This document shows positions 39,401 to 52,815 of a stretch of DNA of 64,000 nucleotides, piece after piece. Made by a program: the position numbers and the translations under genes. The notes under the pieces are model-generated. The model was not told the origin of the DNA. It worked only from the letters and a program-made list of their open reading frames with translations, and did no database searches. Every line of letters starts with the position of its first letter. The stretch's first letter is position 1. This stretch comes from the human T2T-CHM13v2.0 reference genome, Homo sapiens: NCBI RefSeq assembly GCF_009914755.1, contig NC_060925.1; one strand, given 5' to 3'.

Positions 39401-42400
39401 TTATGCTAGACAGAATAATTCTCAGTAACTTCCTTGTGTTGTGTGTATTCAACTGACAGAGTTGAAGGATCCTTTACAGAGAGCAGGCTTGAAACACTCT
39501 TTTTGTCGAATTTGCAAGTGGAGATTTCAGCCGCTTTGAGGTCAATGGTAGAATAGGAAATATCTTCTTATAGAAACTAGACAAAATGATTCTCATGAAC
39601 TCCTTTGTGATGTGTGCGTTCAACTCACAGAGTTTAACCTTTCTTTTCATAGAGCAGTTAGGAAACACTCTGTTTGTAAAGTCTGCAAGTGGATATTCAG
39701 ACCTCCTTGAGGCCTTCGTTGGAAACGGGATTTCTTCATATTCTGCTAGACAGAAGAATTCTCAGTAACTTCCTTGTGTTGTGTTTATTCAACTCACAGA
39801 GTTGAATGATCCTTTACACAGAGCAGACTTGAAACACTCTTTTTGTGGAATTTGCAAGTGGAGATTTCAGCCGCTTTGAGGTCAATGGTAGAAAAGTAAA
39901 TATCTTCGTATAAAGACTAGACAGAATGATTCTCAGAAACTCCTTTGTGATGTGTGCGTTCAACTCACAGAGTTTAACCTTTCTGTTCATAGAGCAGTTA
40001 GGAAACACTCTGTTTGTAAAGTCTGCAAGTGGATATTCAGACCTCCTTGAGGCCTTCGTTGGAAACGGGATTTCTTGCTATTCTGCTAGACAGAAGAATT
40101 CTCAGTAACTTCCTTGTGTTGTGTGTATTCAACTCACAGAGTTGAACGATCCTTTACACAGAGCAGACTTGAAACACTCTTTTTGTGGAATTTGCAAGTG
40201 GAGATTTCAGCCGCTTTGAGGTCAATAGTAGAAAAGGAAATATCTTCGTAGAAAAACTAGACAGAATGATTCTGAGAAACTCCTTTGTGATGTGTGTGTT
40301 CAACTCACAGAGTTTAACCTTTCTTTTCATAGAGCAGTTAGTAAACACTCTGTTTATAAAGTCTGCAAGTGGATATTCAGACCCCTTTGAGGCCTTCGTT
40401 GGAAACGGGATTTCTTCATATTCTGCTAGACAGAAGAATTCTCAGTAACTTCCTTGTGTTGTGTGTATTCAACTGACAGAGTTGAACTTTCATTTGGAGA
40501 GAGCAGATTTGAAACACTGTTTTTGTGGAATTTGCAAGTGGAGATTTCAAGCGCTCTGGGGCCAAAGGCAGAAAAGGAAATATCTTCGTATAAAAACTAG
40601 ACAGAATCATTCTCAGAAACTGCTGCGTGATGTGTGCGTTCAACTCTCAGAGTTTAACTTTTCTTTTCATTCAGCGGTTTGGAAACACTCTGTTTGTAAA
40701 GTCTGCACGTGGATATTTTGACCACTTAGAGGCCTTCGTTGGAAACGGGTTTTTTTCATGTAAGGCTAGACAGAAGAATTCCCAGTAACTTCCTTGTGTT
40801 GTGTGCATTCAACTCACAGAGTTGAACGTTCCCTTAGACAGAGCAGATTTGAAACACTCTATTTGTGCAATTTGCAAGTGTAGATTTCAAGCGCTTTAAG
40901 GTCAACGGCAGAAAAGGAAATATCTTCGTTTCAAAACTAGACAGAATCATTCCCACAAACTGCGTTGTGATGTGTTCATTCAACTCACAGAGTTTAACCT
41001 TTCTGTTCATAGAGCAGTTAGGAAACACTCTGTTTGTAAAGTCTGTAAGTGGATATTCTGACATCTTGTGGCCTTCGTTGGAAACGGGATTTCTTCATAT
41101 TCTGCTAGACAGAAGAATTCTCAGTAACTTCCTTGTGTTGTGTGTATTCAACTCACAGAGTTGAACGATCCTTTACACAGAGCAGACTTGAAACACTCTT
41201 TTTGTGGAATTTGCAAGTGGAGATTTCAGCCGCTTTGAGGTCAATGGTAGAAAAGGAAACTATCTTCATATAAAGACTAGACAGAATGATTCTCAGAAAA
41301 TCTTTTCTGATGTGTGCGTTCAACTCACAGAGTTTAACTTTTCTTCTCATAGAGCAGTTAGGAAACACTCTGTTTGTAAAGTCTGCAAGTGTATATTCAG
41401 ACCTCTTTGAGGCCTTCGTTGGAAACGGGATTTCTTCATATTATGCTAGGCAGAATAATTCTCAGTAACTTCCTTGTGTTGTGTGTATTCAACTCACAGA
41501 GTTGAAGGATCCTTTACAGAGAGCTGGCTTGAAACACTCTTTTTGTCGAATTTGCAAGTGGAGATTTCAGCCGCTTTGAGGTCAATGGTAGAATAGGAAA
41601 TATCTTCTTATAGAAACTAGACAAAATGATTCTCATGAACTCCTTTGTGATGTGTGCGTTCAACTCACAGAGTTTAACCTTTCTTTTCATAGAGCAGTTA
41701 GGAAACACTCTGTTTGTAAAGTCTGCAAGTGGATATTCAGACCTCCTTGAGGCCTTCGTTGGAAACGGGATTTCTTCATATTCTGCTAGACAGAAGAATT
41801 CTCATTAACTTCCTTGTGTTGTGTTTATTCAACTCACAGAGTTGAATGATCCTTTACACAGAGCAGACTTGAAACACTCTTTTTGTGGAATTTGCAAGTG
41901 GAGATTTCAGCCGCTTTGAGGTCAATGGTAGAAAAGTAAATATCTTCGTATAAAGACTAGACAGAATGATTCTCAGAAACTCCTTTGTGATGTGTGCGTT
42001 CAACTCACAGAGTTTAACCTTACTGTTCATAGAGCAGTTAGGAAACACTCTGTTTGTAAAGTCTGCAAGTGGATATTCAGACCTCCTTGAGGCCTTCGTT
42101 GGAAACGGGATTTCTTCATATTCTGCTAGACAGAAGAATTCTCAGTAACTTCCTTGTGTTGTGTGTATTCAACTCACAGAGTTGAACGATCCTTTACACA
42201 GAGCAGACTTGAAACACTCTTTTTGTGGAATTTGCAAGTGGAGATTTCAGCCGCTTTGAGGTCAATAGTAGAAAAGGAAATATCTTCGTAGAAAAACTAG
42301 ACAGAATGATTCTCAGAAACTCCTTTGTGATGTGTGCGTTCAACTCACAGAGTTTAACCTTTCTTTTCATAGAGCAGTTAGTAAACACTCTGTTTATAAA

Positions 42401-43160
42401 GTCTGCAAGTGGATATTCAGACCCCTTTGAGGCCTTCGTTGGAAACGGGATTTCTTCATATTATGCTAGACAGAAGAATTCTCAGTAACTTCCTTGTGTT
42501 GTGTGTATTCAACTGACAGAGTTGAACTTTCATTTAGAGAGAGCAGATTTGAAACACTGTTTTTGTGGAATTTGCAAGTGGAGATTTCAAGCGCTTTGGG
42601 GCCAAAGGCAGAAAAGGAAATATCTTCGTATAAAAACTAGACAGAATCATTCTCAGAAACTGCTGCGTGATGTGTGCGTTCAACTCTCAGAGTTTAACTT
42701 TTCTTTTCATTCAGCGGTTTGGAAACACTCTGTTTGTAAAGTCTGCACGTGGATATTTTGACCACTTAGAGGCCTTCGTTGGAAACGGGTTTTTTTCATG
42801 TAAGGCTAGACAGAAGAATTCCCAGTAACTTCCTTGTGTTGTGTGCATTCAACTCACAGAGTTGAACGTTCCCTTAGACAGAGCAGATTTGAAACACTCT
42901 ATTTGTGCAATTTGCAAGTGTAGATTTCAAGCGCTTTAAGGTCAACGGCAGAAAAGGAAATATCTTCGTTTCAAAACTAGACAGAATCATTCCCACAAAC
43001 TGCGTTGTGATGTGTTCGTTCAACTCACAGAGTTTAACCTTTCTGTTCATAGAGCAGTTAGGAAACACTCTGTTTGTAAAGTCTGTAAGTGGATATTCTG
43101 ATATCTTGTGGCCTTCGTTGGAAACGGGATTTCTTCATATTCTGCTAGACAGAAGAATTC
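24460..43160 (+). repeat. Tandem duplication of an ~8840-bp (52-monomer) super-unit: 24460-34320 (with an extra 1021 bp) and 34321-43160
   Basis: Same dimer order and rare markers at +9861: gtagtca, tgcatgt, gatattccga, gcgctctg, gttcattc, and the A*B*C* set. The offset becomes 8840 after the internal duplication. Confidence 0.88.
31260..33301 (+). repeat. Tandem duplication, 2 x 1021 bp (A*B*C*), creating an 18-mer
   Basis: Markers ttttctgat, gtatattc, ctaggc, agctggc and ccttactg all recur at +1021 (ORFs 31292/32313, 31653/32674, 31993/33014). Confidence 0.92.
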
Positions 43161-46100
43161 TCAGTAACTTCCTTGTGTTGTGTGTATTCAACTCACAGAG
43201 TTGAACGATCCTTTACACAGAGCAGACTTGAAACACTCTTTTTGTGGAATTTGCAAGTGGAGATTTCAGCCGCTTTGAGGTCAATGGTAGAAAAGGAAAC
43301 TATCTTCATATAAAGACTAGACAGAATGATTCTCAGAAAATCTTTTGTGATGTGTGCGTTCAACTCACAGAGTTTAACTTTTCTTCTCATAGAGCAGTTA
43401 GGAAACACTCTGTTTGTAAAGTCTGCAAGTGGATATTCAGACCTCTTTGAGGCCTTCGTTGGAAACGGGATTTCTTCATATTATGCTAGACAGAATAATT
43501 CTCAGTAACTTCCTTGTGTTGTGTGTATTCAACTCACAGAGTTGAAGGATCCTTTACAGACAGCAGGTTTGAAACACTCTTTTTGTCGAATTTGCAAGTG
43601 GAGATTTCAGCCGCTTTGAGGTCAATGGTAGAATAGGAAATATCTTCTTATAGAAACTAGACAGAATGATTCTCAGAAACTCCTTTGTGATGTGTGCGTT
43701 CAACTCACAGAGTTTAACCTTTCTTTTCATAGAGCAGTTAGGAAACACTCTGTTTGTAAAGTCTGCAAGTGGATATTCAGACCTCCTTGAGGCCTTCGTT
43801 GGAAACGGGATTTCTTCATATTCTGCTAGACAGAAGAATTCTCAGTAACTTCCTTGTGTTGTGTTTATTCAACTCACAGAGTTGAATGATCCTTTACACA
43901 GAGCAGACTTGAAACACTCTTTTTGTGGAATTTGCAAGTGGAGATTTCAGCCGCTTTGAGGTCAATGGTAGAAAAGTAAATATCTTCGTATAAAGACTAG
44001 ACAGAATGATTCTCAGAAACTCCTTTGTGATGTGTGCGTTCAACTCACAGAGTTTAACTTTTCTTTTCAAAGAGCAGTTAGGAAACACTCTCTTTGTAAA
44101 GTCTGCAAGTGGATATTCAGACCTCTTTGAGGCCTTCGTTGGAAACAGGATTTCTTCATATTCTGCTAGACAGAAGAATTCTCAGTAACTTCCTTGTGTT
44201 GTGTGTATTCAACTCACAGAGTTGAACGATCCTTTACACAGAGCAGACTTGAAACATTCTTTTTGTGGAATTTGCAAGTGGAGATTTCAGCCGCTTTGAG
44301 GTCAATGGTAGAATAGGAAATATCTTCCTATAGAAACTAGACAGAACGATTCTCAGAAACTCCGTTGTGATGTGTGCGTTCAACTCACAGAGTTTAACCT
44401 TTCTTTTCATAGAGCAGTTAGGAAACACTCTGTTTGTAAAGTCTGCAAGTGGATATTCAGACCTCTTTGAGGCCTTCGTTGGAAACGGGATTTCTTCCTA
44501 TTCTGCTAGACAGAAGAATTCTCAGTAACTTCCTTGTGTTGTGTGTATTCAACTCACAGAGTTGAACGATCCTTTACACAGAGCAGACTTGAAACACTCT
44601 TTTTGTGGAATTTGCAAGTGGAGATTTCAGCCGCTTTGAGGTCAATGGTAGAAAAGGAAACTATCTTCATATAAAGACTAGACAGAATGATTCTCAGAAA
44701 ATCTTTTCTGATGTGTGCGTTCAACTCACAGAGTTTAACTTTTCTTCTCATAGAGCAGTTAGGAAACACTCTGTTTGTAAAGTCTGCAAGTGTATATTCA
44801 GACCTCTTTGAGGCCTTCGTTGGAAACGGGATTTCTTCATATTATGCTAGGCAGAATAATTCTCAGTAACTTCCTTGTGTTGTGTGTATTCAACTCACAG
44901 AGTTGAAGGATCCTTTACAGAGAGCTGGCTTGAAACACTCTTTTTGTCGAATTTGCAAGTGGAGATTTCAGCCGCTTTGAGGTCAATGGTAGAATAGGAA
45001 ATATCTTCTTATAGAAACTAGACAAAATGATTCTCATGAACTCCTTTGTGCTGTGTGCGTTCAACTCACAGAGTTTAACCTTTCTTTTCATAGAGCAGTT
45101 AGGAAACACTCTGTTTGTAAAGTCTGCAAGTGGATATTCAGACCTCCTTGAGGCCTTCGTTGGAAACGGGATTTCTTCATATTCTGCCAGACAGAAGAAT
45201 TCTCATTAACTTCCTTGTGTTGTGTTTATTCAACTCACAGAGTTGAATGATCCTTTACACAGAGCAGACTTGAAACACTCTTTTTGTGGAATTTGCAAGT
45301 GGAGATTTCAGCCGCTTTGAGGTCAATGGTAGAAAAGTAAATATCTTCGTATAAAGACTAGACAGAATGATTCTCAGAAACTCCTTTGTGATGTGTGCGT
45401 TCAACTCACAGAGTTTAACCTTACTGTTCATAGAGCAGTTAGGAAACACTCTGTTTGTAAAGTCTGCAAGTGGATATTCAGACCTCCTTGAGGCCTTCGT
45501 TGGAAACGGGATTTCTTCATATTCTGCTAGACAGAAGAATTCTCAGTAACTTCCTTGTGTTGTGTGTATTCAACTCACAGAGTTGAACGATCCTTTACAC
45601 AGAGCAGACTTGAAACACTCTTTTTGTGGAATTTGCAAGTGGAGATTTCAGCCGCTTTGAGGTCAATAGTAGAAAAGGAAATATCTTCGTAGAAAAACTA
45701 GACAGAATGATTCTCAGAAACTCCTTTGTGATGTGTGCGTTCAACTCACAGAGTTTAACCTTTCTTTTCATAGAGCAGTTAGTAAACACTCTGTTTATAA
45801 AGTCTGCAAGTGGATATTCAGACCCCTTTGAGGCCTTCGTTGGAAACGGGATTTCTTCATATTATGCTAGACAGAAGAATTCTCAGTAACTTCCTTGTGT
45901 TGTGTGTATTCAACTGACAGAGTTGAACTTTCATTTAGAGAGAGCAGATTTGAAACACTGTTTTTGTGGAATTTGCAAGTGGAGATTTCAAGCGCTTTGG
46001 GGCCAAAGGCAGAAAAGGAAATATCTTCGTATAAAAACTAGACAGAATCATTCTCAGAAACTGCTGCGTGATGTGTGCGTTCAACTCTCAGAGTTTAACT

Positions 46101-47922
46101 TTTCTTTTCATTCAGCGGTTTGGAAACACTCTGTTTGTAAAGTCTGCACGTGGATATTTTGACCACTTAGAGGCCTTCGTTGGAAACGGGTTTTTTTCAT
46201 GTAAGGCTAGACAGAAGAATTCCCAGTAACTTCCTTGTGTTGTGTGCATTCAACTCACAGAGTTGAACGTTCCCTTAGACAGAGCAGATTTGAAACACTC
46301 TATTTGTGCAATTTGCAAGTGTAGATTTCAAGCGCTTTAAGGTCAACGGCAGAAAAGGAAATATCTTCGTTTCAAAACTAGACAGAATCATTCCCACAAA
46401 CTGCGTTGTGATGTGTTCGTTCAACTCACAGAGTTTAACCTTTCTGTTCATAGAGCAGTTAGGAAACACTCTGTTTGTAAAGTCTGTAAGTGGATATTCT
46501 GATATCTTGTGGCCTTCGTTGGAAACGGGATTTCTTCATATTCTGCTAGACAGAAGAATTCTCAGTAACTTCCTTGTGTTGTGTGTATTCAACTCACAGA
46601 GTTGAACGATCCTTTACACAGAGCAGACTTGAAACACTCTTTTTGTGGAATTTGCAAGTGGAGATTTCAGCCGCTTTGAGGTCAATGGTAGAAAAGGAAA
46701 CTATCTTCATATAAAGACTAGACAGAATGATTCTCAGAAAATCTTTTGTGATGTGTGCGTTCAACTCACAGAGTTTAACTTTTCTTCTCATAGAGCAGTT
46801 AGGAAACACTCTGTTTGTAAAGTCTGCAAGTGGATATTCAGACCTCTTTGAGGCCTTCGTTGGAAACGGGATTTCTTCATATTATGCTAGACAGAAGAAT
46901 TCTCAGTAACTTCCTTGTGTTGTGTGTATTCAACTCACAGAGTTGAAGGATCCTTTACAGACAGCAGGTTTGAAACACTCTTTTTGTCGAATTTGCAAGT
47001 GGAGATTTCAGCCGCTTTGAGGTCAATGGTAGAATAGGAAATATCTTCTTATAGAAACTAGACAGAATGATTCTCAGAAACTCCTTTGTGATGTGTGCGT
47101 TCAACTCACAGAGTTTAACCTTTCTTTTCATAGAGCAGTTAGGAAACACTCTGTTTGTAAAGTCTGCAAGTGGATATTCAGACCTCCTTGAGGCCTTCGT
47201 TGGAAACGGGATTTCTTCATATTCTGCTAGACAGAAGAATTCTCAGTAACTTCCTTGTGTTGTGTTTATTCAACTCACAGAGTTGAATGATCCTTTACAC
47301 AGAGCAGACTTGAAACACTCTTTTTGTGGAATTTGCAAGTGGAGATTTCAGCCGCTTTGAGGTCAATGGTAGAAAAGTAAATATCTTCGTATAAAGACTA
47401 GACAGAATGATTCTCAGAAACTCCTTTGTGATGTGTGCGTTCAACTCACAGAGTTTAACTTTTCTTTTCAAAGAGCAGTTAGGAAACACTCTCTTTGTAA
47501 AGTCTGCAAGTGGATATTCAGACCTCTTTGAGGCCTTCGTTGGAAACGGGATTTCTTCATATTCTGCTAGACAGAAGAATTCTCAGTAACTTCCTTGTGT
47601 TGTGTGTATTCAACTCACAGAGTTGAACGATCCTTTACACAGAGCAGACTTGAAACATTCTTTTTGTGGAATTTGCAAGTGGAGATTTCAGCCGCTTTGA
47701 GGTCAATGGTAGAATAGGAAATATCTTCCTATAGAAACTAGACAGAACGATTCTCAGAAACTCCGTTGTGATGTGTGCGTTCAACTCACAGAGTTTAACC
47801 TTTCTTTTCATAGAGCAGTTAGGAAACACTCTGTTTGTAAAGTCTGCAAGTGGATATTCAGACCTCTTTGAGGCCTTCGTTGGAAACGGGATTTCTTCAT
47901 ATTCTGCTAGACAGAAGAATTC
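41121..47922 (+). repeat. Tandem duplication, 2 x 3401 bp (A*B*C*-D-E-F-A-B'-C/H-I)
   Basis: ORF variants recur at +3401 (41153/44554, 43554/46955, 43894/47295, 44234/47635). Confidence 0.88.
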
Positions 47923-50900
47923 TCAGTAACTTCCTTGTGTTGTGTGTATTCAACTCACAGAGTTGAACGATCCTTTACACAGAGCAGACTTGAAACACTC
48001 TTTTTGTGGAATTTGCAAGTGGAGATTTCAGCCGCTTTGAGGTCAATAGTAGAAAAGGAAATATCTTCGTAGAAAAACTAGACAGAATGATTCTCAGAAA
48101 CTCCTTTGTGATGTGTGCGTTCAACTCACAGAGTTTAACCTTTCTTTTCATAGAGCAGTTAGTAAACACTCTGTTTATAAAGTCTGCAAGTGGATATTCA
48201 GACCCCTTTGAGGCCTTCGTTGGAAACGGGATTTCTTCATATTATGCTAGACAGAAGAATTCTCAGTAACTTCCTTGTGTTGTGTGTATTCAACTGACAG
48301 AGTTGAACTTTCATTTAGAGAGAGCAGATTTGAAACACTGTTTTTGTGGAATTTGCAAGTGGAGATTTCAAGCGCTTTGGGGCCAAAGGCAGAAAAGGAA
48401 ATATCTTCGTATAAAAACTAGACAGAATCATTCTCAGAAACTGCTGCGTGATGTGTGCGTTCAACTCTCAGAGTTTAACTTTTCTTTTCATTCAGCGGTT
48501 TGGAAACACTCTGTTTGTAAAGTCTGCACGTGGATATTTTGACCACTTAGAGGCCTTCGTTGGAAACGGGTTTTTTTCATGTAAGGCTAGACAGAAGAAT
48601 TCCCAGTAACTTCCTTGTGTTGTGTGCATTCAACTCACAGAGTTGAACGTTCCCTTAGACAGAGCAGATTTGAAACACTCTATTTGTGCAATTTGCAAGT
48701 GTAGATTTCAAGCGCTTTAAGGTCAACGGCAGAAAAGGAAATATCTTCGTTTCAAAACTAGACAGAATCATTCCCACAAACTGCGTTGTGATGTGTTCGT
48801 TCAACTCACAGAGTTTAACCTTTCTGTTCATAGAGCAGTTAGGAAACACTCTGTTTGTAAAGTCTGTAAGTGGATATTCTGACATCTTGTGGCCTTCGTT
48901 GGAAACGGGATTTCTTCATATTCTGCTAGACAGAAGAATTCTCAGTAACTTCCTTGTGTTGTGTGTATTCAACTCACAGAGTTGAACGATCCTTTACACA
49001 GAGCAGACTTGAAACACTCTTTTTGTGGAATTTGCAAGTGGAGATTTCAGCCGCTTTGAGGTCAATGGTAGAAAAGGAAATATCTTCGTATAAAGACTAG
49101 ACAGAATGATTCTCAGAAACTCCTTTGTGATGTGTGCGTTCAACTCACAGAGTTTAACTTTTCTTTTCAAAGAGCAGTTAGGAAACACTCTCTTTGTAAA
49201 GTCTGCAAGTGGATATTCAGACCTCTTTGAGGCCTTCGTTGGAAACGGGATTTCTTCATATTCTGCTAGACAGAAGAATTCTCAGTAACTTCCTTGTGTT
49301 GTGTGTATTCAACTCACAGAGTTGAACGATCCTTTACACAGAGCAGACTTGAAACATTCTTTTTGTGGAATTTGCAAGTGGAGATTTCAGCCGCTTTGAG
49401 GTCAATCGTAGAATAGGAAATATCTTCCTATATAAACTAGACAGAACGATTCTCAGAAACTCCGTTGTGATGTGTGCGTTCAACTCACAGAGTTTAACCT
49501 TTCTTTTCATAGAGCAGTTAGGAAACACTCTGTTTGTAAAGTCTGTAAGTGGATATTCAGACCTCTTTGAGGCCTTCGTTGGAAACGGGATTTCTTCCTA
49601 TTCTGCTAGACAGAAGAATTCTCAGTAACTTCCTTGTGTTGTGTGTATTCAACTCACAGAGTTGAACGATCCTTTACACAGAGCAGACTTGAAACACTCT
49701 TTTTGTGGAATTTGCAAGTGGAGATTTCAGCCGCTTTGAGGTCAATGGTAGAAAAGGAAACTATCTTCATATAAAGACTAGACAGAATGATTCTCAGAAA
49801 ATCTTTTGTGATGTGTGCGTTCAACTCACAGAGTTTAACTTTTCTTCTCATAGAGCAGTTAGGAAACACTCTGTTTGTAAAGTCTGCAAGTGGATATTCA
49901 GACCTCTTTGAGGCTTTCGTTGGAAACGGGATTTCTTCCTATTCTGCTAGACAGAAGAATTCTCAGTAACTTCCTTGTGTTGTGTGTATTCAACTCACAG
50001 AGTTGAAGGATCCTTTACAGAGAGCAGGCTTGAAACACTCTTTTTGTCGAATTTGCAAGTGGAGATTTCAGCCGCTTTGAGGTCAATGGTAGAATAGGAA
50101 ATATCTTCTTATAGAAACTAGACAAAATGATTCTCATGAACTCCTTTGTGATGTGTGCGTTCAACTCACAGAGTTTAACCTTTCTTTTCATAGAGCAGTT
50201 AGGAAACACTCTGTTTGTAAAGTCTGCAAGTGGATATTCAGACCTCCTTGAGGCCTTCGTTGGAAACGGGATTTCTTCATATTCTGCTAGACAGAAGAAT
50301 TCTCATTAACTTCCTTGTGTTGTGTTTATTCAACTCACAGAGTTGAATGATCCTTTACACAGAGCAGACTTGAAACACTCTTTTTGTGGAATTTGCAAGT
50401 GGAGATTTCAGCCGCTTTGAGGTCAATGGTAGAAAAGTAAATATCTTCGTATAAAGACTAGACAGAATGATTCTCAGAAACTCCTTTGTGATGTGTGCGT
50501 TCAACTCACAGAGTTTAACCTTTCTGTTCATAGAGCAGTTAGGAAACACTCTGTTTGTAAAGTCTGCAAGTGGATATTCAGACCTCCTTGAGGCCTTCGT
50601 TGGAAACGGGATTTCTTCATATTCTGCTAGACAGAAGAATTCTCAGTAACTTCCTTGTGTTGTGTGTATTCAACTCACAGAGTTGAACGATCCTTTACAC
50701 AGAGCAGACTTGAAACACTCTTTTTGTGGAATTTGCAAGTGGAGATTTCAGCCGCTTTGAGGTCAATAGTAGAAAAGGAAATATCTTCGTAGAAAAACTA
50801 GACAAAATGATTCTCAGAAACTCCTTTGTGATGTGTGCGTTCAACTCACAGAGTTTAACCTTTCTTTTCATAGAGCAGTTAGTAAACACTCTGTTTATAA

Positions 50901-52815
50901 AGTCTGCAAGTGGATATTCAGACCCCTTTGAGGCCTTCGTTGGAAACGGGATTTCTTCATATTATGCTAGACAGAAGAATTCTCAGTAACTTCCTTGTGT
51001 TGTGTGTATTCAACTGACAGAGTTGAACTTTCATTTAGAGAGAGCAGATTTGAAACACTGTTTTTGTGGAATTTGCAAGTGGAGATTTCAAGCGCTTTGG
51101 GGCCAAAGGCAGAAAAGGAAATATCTTCGTATAAAAACTAGACAGAATCATTCTCAGAAACTGCTGCGTGATGTGTGCGTTCAACTCTCAGAGTTTAACT
51201 TTTCTTTTCATTCAGCGGTTTGGAAACACTCTGTTTGTAAAGTCTGCACGTGGATATTTTGACCACTTAGAGGCCTTCGTTGGAAACGGGTTTTTTTCAT
51301 GTAAGGCTAGACAGAAGAATTCCCAGTAACTTCCTTGTGTTGTGTGCATTCAACTCACAGAGTTGAACGTTCCCTTAGACAGAGCAGATTTGAAACACTC
51401 TATTTGTGCAATTTGCAAGTGTAGATTTCAAGCGCTTTAAGGTCAACGGCAGAAAAGGAAATATCTTCGTTTCAAAACTAGACAGAATCATTCCCACAAA
51501 CTGCGTTGTGATGTGTTCGTTCAACTCACAGAGTTTAACCTTTCTGTTCATAGAGCAGTTAGGAAACACTCTGTTTGTAAAGTCTGTAAGTGGATATTCT
51601 GACATCTTGTGGCCTTCGTTGGAAACGGGATTTCTTCATATTCTGCTAGACAGAAGAATTCTCAGTAACTTCCTTGTGTTGTGTGTATTCAACTCACAGA
51701 GTTGAACGATCCTTTACACAGAGCAGACTTGAAACACTCTTTTTGTGGAATTTGCAAGTGGAGATTTCAGCCGCTTTGAGGTCAATGGTAGAAAAGGAAA
51801 TATCTTCGTATAAAGACTAGACAGAATGATTCTCAGAAACTCCTTTGTGATGTGTGCGTTCAACTCACAGAGTTTAACTTTTCTTTTCAAAGAGCAGTTA
51901 GGAAACACTCTCTTTGTAAAGTCTGCAAGTGGATATTCAGACCTCTTTGAGGCCTTCGTTGGAAACGGGATTTCTTCATATTCTGCTAGACAGAAGAATT
52001 CTCAGTAACTTCCTTGTGTTGTGTGTATTCAACTCACAGAGTTGAACGATCCTTTACACAGAGCAGACTTGAAACATTCTTTTTGTGGAATTTGCAAGTG
52101 GAGATTTCAGCCGCTTTGAGGTCAATCGTAGAATAGGAAATATCTTCCTATATAAACTAGACAGAACGATTCTCAGAAACTCCGTTGTGATGTGTGCGTT
52201 CAACTCACAGAGTTTAACCTTTCTTTTCATAGAGCAGTTAGGAAACACTCTGTTTGTAAAGTCTGTAAGTGGATATTCAGACCTCTTTGAGGCCTTCGTT
52301 GGAAACGGGATTTCTTCCTATTCTGCTAGACAGAAGAATTCTCAGTAACTTCCTTGTGTTGTGTGTATTCAACTCACAGAGTTGAACGATCCTTTACACA
52401 GAGCAGACTTGAAACACTCTTTTTGTGGAATTTGCAAGTGGAGATTTCAGCCGCTTTGAGGTCAATGGTAGAAAAGGAAACTATCTTCATATAAAGACTA
52501 GACAGAATGATTCTCAGAAAATCTTTTGTGATGTGTGCGTTCAACTCACAGAGTTTAACTTTTCTTCTCATAGAGCAGTTAGGAAACACTCTGTTTGTAA
52601 AGTCTGCAAGTGTATATTCAGACCTCTTTGAGGCCTTCGTTGGAAACGGGATTTCTTCATATTATGCTAGACAGAATAATTCTCAGTAACTTCCTTGTGT
52701 TGTGTGTATTCAACTCACAGAGTTGAAGGATCCTTTACAGAGAGCAGGCTTGAAACACTCTTTTTGTCGAATTTGCAAGTGGAGATTTCAGCCGCTTTGA
52801 GGTCAATGGTAGAAT
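47923..52815 (+). repeat. Partial tandem duplication at 2720-bp offset (D-E-F-H-I'-A-B), containing the only 16-mer
   Basis: The I' dimer with caatcgta and cctatataaac occurs only near 49.4 kb and 52.1 kb (ORFs 49365/52085, offset 2720). Confidence 0.83.
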
